64,000 nt of DNA from NCBI RefSeq assembly GCF_009914755.1, contig NC_060947.1; one strand, written 5' to 3'. Made by a program: the position numbers and the translations under genes. The notes under the pieces are model-generated. The model did not search any database and had not been told where the DNA came from. It saw only the letters and a program-made list of their open reading frames with translations. The stretch is from the human T2T-CHM13v2.0 reference genome, Homo sapiens. Below are positions 56,960 to 64,000 of the stretch, in pieces (positions within the stretch are counted from its first letter, which is position 1; each line of letters opens with the position of its first letter).

Positions 56960-57340
56960 GGAATCGTAGAACCAAAAACTCTCAGAGTGGGAATAGAACT
57001 TGAAATATCATTTATCCTAACTCCCATACAATGCACAAAATATCTACTCTGTTCCCATTACACCATCATTTAACTTCTGTTTGAATATCTCTAATGACAG
57101 AGAACTCACCATCTCTCAGACTCTAACATTCATTTTCAGATATCTCTGACTACTAGAAAGTTCTGCCTTATGTTGATTTTATGTCTCCAGCTTCCATCAT
57201 TTGATTCAGATTCTGTCTTCTGAAGCAACATAAAACCTGTTCTCCATAGTATCCCTTCATATCTATTAAGAGAGCTATCTTGCCCTTCCTTTGTCCCTTA
57301 GTGTCCATTTCTCTTGGCTAAGTATTACAATTCATTAAAT
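56960..57340 (-). mobile_element. L3/CR1 3' fragment
   Basis: ctgtttgaatatctctaatgacagagaactcacc...tagaaagttctgccttatgttga, CR1-like antisense. Confidence 0.7.
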
Positions 57341-57462
57341 TGACTACCCTCAATGCCACAAGTTAAAACCATAGTAAACAATAACTAGATTCTTTTCAAT
57401 GCACAAATGAGGAATGTTTTCGCTATCAAAGGTTACCGGTCCTCAAGAAAAAAAGTTAACCA

Positions 57463-58492
57463 ATTATGACATACTAAAAATGTGACTTAATTTAGCTCTT
57501 TAGTATTTTATGAAGGAAATATAAAAACACTCGAACACTTTTCAGATACAGAGCAAGGTATCTAACCTCTAATAAACACAAGAAATACAAAATATACTTT
57601 GTTTTTAAATAATAGCTATGAAGTTAGATATATATGAGTATATATGTATATATATACGAGTATATATATATACTCGTATATATGTATATATATACGAGTA
57701 TATATATATACTCGTATATATGTATATATATACGAGTATATATATACTCATATATATACTCGTATATATGTATATACGAGTATATATATACTCATATATA
57801 TGTATATACGAGTATATATATACTCATATATATACTCGTATATATGTATATACGAGTATATATATACTCATATATATACTCGTATATATGTATATACGAG
57901 TATATATATACTCATATATATACTCGTATATATGTATATACGAGTATATATATACTCATATATATACTCGTATATATGTATATACGAGTATATATATACT
58001 CATATATATGTATATACGAGTATATATATACTCATATATATGTATATACGAGTATATATATACTCATATATATGCTCATATATATGTATATATACATATA
58101 TACATATATATGTGAGTATATATATACTCACATATATATACTCATATATATGTATATATATACATATATACTCATATATATGTGAGTGTATATATACTCA
58201 CATATATATATGAGTATATATATATACTCACATATATATATGAGTATATATATATACTCACATATATATGAGTATATATATATACTCACATATATATGTG
58301 AGTATATATATACTCACATGTATATATGTAACTTCATAGCTATTATTTAAAAACAAAGTATGTTTTGTATTTCTTGTGTTTATTAGAGGTTAGATACCTT
58401 GCTCTTTATCTGAAAAGTGTTCGAGTGCTTTTATATTTCCTTCATAAAATACTAAAGAGCTAAATTAAGTCACATTTGTAGTATGTCATAAT
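57463..58492. repeat. Inverted duplication: 164-bp arms (57463-57626 / 58329-58492) around a TA-rich satellite
   Basis: The right arm is the reverse complement of the left arm, with 4 substitutions by manual alignment. Confidence 0.95.
57627..58328. repeat. Complex TA-rich satellite built from palindromic units (tatacgagtatatatatactcgtata and variants)
   Basis: Direct reading. Confidence 0.95.
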
Positions 58493-58626
58493 ATATATAT
58501 AGTATGTCTCATATATATATAGTATGTCTCATATATATATAGTATGTCTCATATATATATATAGTATGTCTCATATATATATATAGTATGTCATATATAT
58601 ATATTTATAAAAATATATATATATAT
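58493..58626. repeat. Tandem repeat agtatgtc(tc)(at)n, 5 units, then (TA)n
   Basis: Direct reading; period 20-22 bp. Confidence 0.95.
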
Positions 58627-58754
58627 CTCCACAGGTGGTATGAGAGAGGGTGATAGTAGATAGACAGATGGGAACACAATAAAAACGTTAAATAACAAAA
58701 GAAGGGGTAAAAGTGCACAGAAAAAAGATACATACACAGAAAGACATGGAAATA

Positions 58755-59300
58755 TTCATTTATTTATTTAACATATATTTATTGAGTGCCTGTCATATGC
58801 ATCAGGCACTGTGCAGAGTACAAAGATGAATTAAACATAGTTCCTGCCTTCAAGAATCTTGTAAATTTTTTTTAAATCTAGGTCAAATATAGTTGCGACA
58901 AGAAGACAAGTAAACAACCATAAAATAAGTTAATGTTACATAACCATCAAAGAAGTATAGGTAGGAATTTAGAAATGGAGACATATGATTATAGTGAACA
59001 AGGAAGGCTTTTGATGAAAAGAGATATTTGACTAGACTTTGAAGAATGGGTAGAATTTGGACATGTGGTGGTAGGAGACAGAGAAGGAATTTTAGGTAGA
59101 AGAAACAGCATGATTAATGGCATAAAATCAGAAAATGTCAAAGGAAAGAGCTAATAATAGATTTTGACTAGAGAATAAATTGCAAGAAGAAGAGTAGAGA
59201 AAGCTAGGTTGGAAATTAACTAAGGAATTTATAAAACTAAAGGAACATTGAAGTTTCTGGAGCAGGAAAATTACAAGAGGTGAACTGTGATCCCAGAAAA
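58755..59300 (-). mobile_element. L2 3' end
   Basis: attcatttatttatttaacatatatttattgagtgcctg...caggcactgtgc...cctgccttcaag. Confidence 0.75.
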
Positions 59301-59649
59301 ATACACTTAAATACAGAAAAGATACATACAGAAGGAAAAAAGTTATTTCTCTGGAGTCGCATAATCATCTTATGATATGGTTTGGAACACTGTTACTAAA
59401 AACCATTAAAATAGTGTTGTACTTTCTAATTATAAGCCTAAGTGGGGGTATTTTGTGTTAATGTTTGTCTTGTGGGGTCAGTGACTAAATCAACCCAAAT
59501 CTGACCAATGAGGCAGGTTCTACAGTTTCACAACCATCCAGAAAATTTAATCTGACCTTAGATTGCTCCTGGACCAAGGGATGTCCCACAAAACAAGTTG
59601 GACTTATTTCTAAACCACATCAAAGATGTCCCAGTGAAGTTAAAATACT

Positions 59650-60835
59650 GCCACTAATAGTGAACCAAAGTGAGTATATAGGTTAATGGTCACCTCTACC
59701 CCCAGTCTCTCTTTGAAAGAGATTCATTATTGCTTGGCCTACAGCAAACCCAAACTAGCTCTATCAGCTAGTCCCTGAGAGGGCTCATTCTTATTACCAA
59801 TGCTGCTTGAACAATTGTTTTTCCGATGATCTATCATTCCAGGAAGCCATGTCATGAGAAGTTCACCTGTGTCTATTCCCCATGATGAGCTCGATCACCC
59901 CTGAAGTAAAGCTCTTCTTTGGCTAGTCTATACCCAGTGGATACAAAATTGTACTCACAACTCAGGAAATTTCCTGTCTCTGGAGGAGAAAGTTGGTGTC
60001 GACAAGTAGTAATCAGATTCAGTTCTTATCTTGCTTTAAAGTTCGCAGATTTTGTTCTCCCCTGACTTCTCTCACTATAGGAGCTACCATTTGGATATTG
60101 GGCACATTGAAAATATTCTTGGTGTTCTCCAAAGTCAGGCATCTCCTCATGTATTTCTGAGACTTTAGTTCTATAGGACCTGGGTCCTGTGCTAAAAGCT
60201 ACAAATGAATCCATAGGGCCAGGCAGAATTAGAGGTTTATTCTCCATCCACTTGGGCCAGATCATCTTAGATAGGGGCATATATGGATTAGATCCTGTCT
60301 GCATGGTAAAGCCGATTTAGTGATCAAGGAATCTGCTATCTTCCTTCTGTACTCTATTTCTTTCTGGATTGTGATGTCAGCAGTCACCTAGCTCAAAACA
60401 CCCCAAACCAGAGTATTCCTGCCAAGCCCATGCTTGTACATACACAGTTAGGGATCTTACCCCCAGAATTTCTAAGAAGTATTCCTAAGGGTCAGAGGTT
60501 TTCCTTGATAATTCAGATCTATTTTTGACTTGGTAAAGCAAGTTCTTATTTACTAACTAGACGGTAACTTTAAAAGGATAGCTTCTCCTCTCAGAATCTT
60601 CATATTTTCCTTCATACTATAACAGGGTTGATAGTTTCCAAAGGCCCTGCCAGTTCTATGATTCTATGTGTATATTCATTTGCTTGGAATTAGTCACCTT
60701 TGAAAGCTCTTTAGTGGCATCTGGAGCCACTCTAATTTGTAGTGAGCCAAAGTGAATATATAGATTAATGGTCACTTCTGCTTCTCTCTTTGAAAGCAAT
60801 TCATTATTGCTTGGCCTACAGCAAATCCAAACTAG
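59650..60835 (+). repeat. Dispersed direct repeat pair, ~105 bp (59650-59758 and 60726-60835)
   Basis: Both copies read ccaaagtga.tatatag.ttaatggtcac...tctctctttgaaag..attcattattgcttggcctacagcaaa.ccaaactag. Confidence 0.9.
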
Positions 60836-61503
60836 AAAATAAGTAAGATTGCAGGGGTTTTACAAAGCATTCCAGGAGAAACACAAACAACACACAAATA
60901 ACAGACATATAATGTCTTATAAAAGGTAAGTTGTGTCTATGTCTATGGTCTACTCGTCAATTATCTTGACCCGAGAAGAAGGCGTGGACCACAGAAGGGG
61001 TGAGAGAGAATTCTATTGCACAGACTCCACTATTTTAATGGGCTATAATCAACCAGTCAGATGGGAAATGCATTGATTAGGTACACCAGCTTTGGCTGGA
61101 GAAGAGGTTAAAGTAAAATGGTCAATCCCCTGTGGCCTTTTGGCTAATTAATGCTTACTTGATTCAATTGAGTGTTTAAGTTACATTCAATTATTTGATA
61201 TCACATAGATGTGACCACCCAGTGCATGAAGTATTACTGTTTGGCTGTTTGCCACCTCCTACTCCTTGCAAGTTGATTCCAGTTGGATTAAGGACAAGAA
61301 TGTAATTAAATGAGTAGTTTGGTAATAAAGTTGTTTATACTATGTCTAAGACAAGGTAGGAAAAATGAGAGTTCTTGCAACAATACTTCTTGTTAGAGTT
61401 GCTTTATGTAGTAAACCAAGTTATGGCCCTCTGATGAAGTAGATAGCCATCTGCTATCTCTTCCTGCTTCGCTATCCCAAGTGCAATGAAGAATGACTGG
61501 ATC

Positions 61504-61556
61504 GCCTGGGCGATAGAGCGAGACTCTGTCTCAAAAAAAAAAAAAAAAAAAAAAAA
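61504..61556 (+). mobile_element. Extremely 5'-truncated Alu (29 bp + long A tail)
   Basis: gcctgggcgatagagcgagactctgtctc plus poly-A; perfect 15-bp TSD aagaatgactggatc (61489-61503 / 61557-61571). Confidence 0.95.
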
Positions 61557-64000
61557 AAGAATGACTGGATCACTGAAAGCTGCCCAAAATCTAAACAGAT
61601 TCAACTTCTACCATCAAAAATATGAATAATATTGCCAACAATAAAATAAAATAAAAGCAAACTGGGTTAATTTCAGAATCAGCTGAGTTCAGGTATTCTT
61701 TGGCTAGGTAGATGCTATAATAACATGCAATAATCTATGAAGTGAAGCCAAACAGGGAAGATAGAATAAAGGATCTAAAGGAATTTTGAACAATCCTAAC
61801 TTCCTGTGTGCCTTTCTGTGTTTTTCTAAATTTTCTACAATGAACATATATTGCTATTGAGGTCCGTAAGGGAAAAAAAATCTAAAGAAAAGGACTTATA
61901 TAATTCCCCATGGGATGATCATTTTATTCAGTTATGTTGTAAAGTACAGTAAAACCTCAAATAAGCAAAACCTAACTTGCAGTTCTTTCAATTTGGCTTT
62001 GTTTTTCCAATAATTTATTTTTAAAAGATAAATCACAAGAAAACAAGCAGATATGAGGGATGTGATAAAACAAATTTAAATTTGTTTGAAAACTTTATTT
62101 AAATTGTTTTCTAAATATTTTATTTTATACAAGGAATATAAGGGTACTTAGGAAAACAACTGGGGAGAAATTTTTACTCCCTCTTAATGACCAACTCAAG
62201 CCAGTGTGCTAGTAGCAACAGACAAATAGAGAAATAATCAGTTGTATGTGAGAATCATGCTATACCTCACTAAATAAATCAAATAGTATATGAGAGTAGG
62301 GAATGGTTTTTCTTCTGATCAAATAATTAAAGCACTAAGAAAAACTGAAGAAAACTTAGTTTTGGTCAATGCAGAAGGCCTTAATGAAAAAGAATCTAAA
62401 AATGGATGGACTCATTTTACAAAGGGCCTCATGATAAAATCAAGCAAAGGATGATGTGATCATAAACAAGACAGAATTAGTAGGCTTGACAAGATAAACT
62501 TGGTTGACATGCTGGACTAGAGAAATACTAAGGAGGGAAATAGGGGATAGGATCAGATACAGAGTTAGGAATCACTCTCAGTGGGTTTTGTTGCTTAATA
62601 AAAGATTTTGGCTGAGCACTGTTCATTTTGCAGGCCCACCCTGGAGCTATAGGTCCTAGGGCTAAATAACTGAACTGTGTTTGGGAGAATACAAATTCAT
62701 GGAGGCTCTGGAGCTGCAGCCCCACTCCCACTCCCTTGCCCTCAATTATCCTTCCATATGTATTCTGCAGGACAGTGCTACCATCTCTGGAAGAAGTGAA
62801 GCTTTTTTATTGCCTCACCAAGAAAAGATTCAAATCTTGGAGCCCTTTGCCCTAGAGCGAGAGAAAGAGAAAACAGTAAGCATGCCTTACATATCCTAGG
62901 CCTTTCACAGGATTTCAATACGAATAATTCCAAGCCCCCGCGCCACTACTATATTCCATAAACAGCTTGCAAATTCCTCAACTTTCCTGGATTGTTAAAC
63001 AAATAAACATTATCACATTTGTCACCCAAACTTCTAGTTAGGTCTTAAAAGCTCAGCTTTTGACTGAGACCTTGTTAAAAATAGAGGATGATATTTTATG
63101 TGTCCTTCTCTGGCATGTCTGGAAAAAGGAGTTAGAAACTCTGCTCAAGGAAGTTGAAAGGCAACTTAAGCCTTTTCTGCATCCTCTTAAACAGCTTTGG
63201 CATAGCAAGTAGACCACCTGAGGCTGGCAGAAGTTGGATTCTGTTAAGAGATAAGTAGTCCAAGGGCCTTTGACTGAAGGTTGAAGGAAAACTGCTGGGA
63301 AGAACTTTTCACTCTAAGCTCAGATTCAGGGTGAGTTGATAGTGGAAAAATTAAATAATAGTGAGAAAGGTATCAAATTATACCTTAGGCATTTATTTCT
63401 TTAAAAGGGGTTGTACTAAAAAGAATTAACTGCTTTACTAGCTGATATGTTTGGGTTCAGCTGTTTTAATAAAGAGATTTTTTTAAATATAATAAACGAG
63501 AGGAAAAGCTTGCTTAACTATTTTAAACATGCCTGAGACTTAAGCCTTATTGCTTTGGTCCACGTGACTGTGGCAAGCCACTGCCAATAACCCCTTGAAA
63601 GTGGAATCTGGAAAACTAAAAGCATAAAGTAAAAACAAATGTTCAAAGGGATTTATTTTAGGAGAAGGGGTAGAGGGTTGAAAGGCAGGGTGGGCAGGAA
63701 AAGGGAGGGAAAATACAAAACTTTAAGGGAATCGCTCAGTTCAATCTATGATTTTTATATCTTTTACCCTGACAATATATCTTACATTTATTCTGTCATG
63801 TTTAGAATACTACCCTGAGTCCCAGTTAAATACTCATCTAGCAAGGACAATCCAATTATGTTGCCTAACTTAGGAAAAGAGACAGTGACAGTTTTGGAAA
63901 GATTTTGAAAAATGAGCAATAAGAAAACAAAGAAACTTCTTAGCCTTCAGTTATCCAAACAACACAATTAACCAGACTCTTCTCCCTCTTTCTTCCTTAT

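Noticed and set aside
57618-58213. Three overlapping 165-189 aa Tyr/Ile-rich ORFs
   Set aside because: Artefact of the stop-free TA satellite; all three frames are open.
57627-58626. CRISPR-like repeat array
   Set aside because: No unique spacers, eukaryotic context; this is a simple satellite.

Overview
Primate (human-like) non-coding genomic DNA with no intact protein-coding gene that I can support. The first 32 kb is almost all retroelement: the 5' end of a class I ERV on the minus strand (LTR, tRNA-Pro PBS, decayed gag), a 5'-truncated L1PA with TSDs, and a ~20 kb nested stack (L2 > L1MA > L1PA15/16-like > 5'-inverted L1PB, a full-length L1PA5/6-like element, and Alus). An old GAPDH processed pseudogene lies at ~33.3-34.4 kb and appears to share its target site with an AluJ. 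The rest is older, more unique DNA with MIR/L2/L3, nested Tigger elements, a solo ERV1 LTR, Alus and microsatellites. The most unusual structure is a ~1 kb PATRR-like palindrome at 57463-58492: two 164-bp inverted arms of unique sequence (4 mismatches by eye) around a self-palindromic TA-rich satellite. Also notable is a ~105-bp direct repeat pair at 59650 and 60726. Repeat subfamily names come from recalled consensus sequences, not a database search. I found no evidence of a new multi-gene system.
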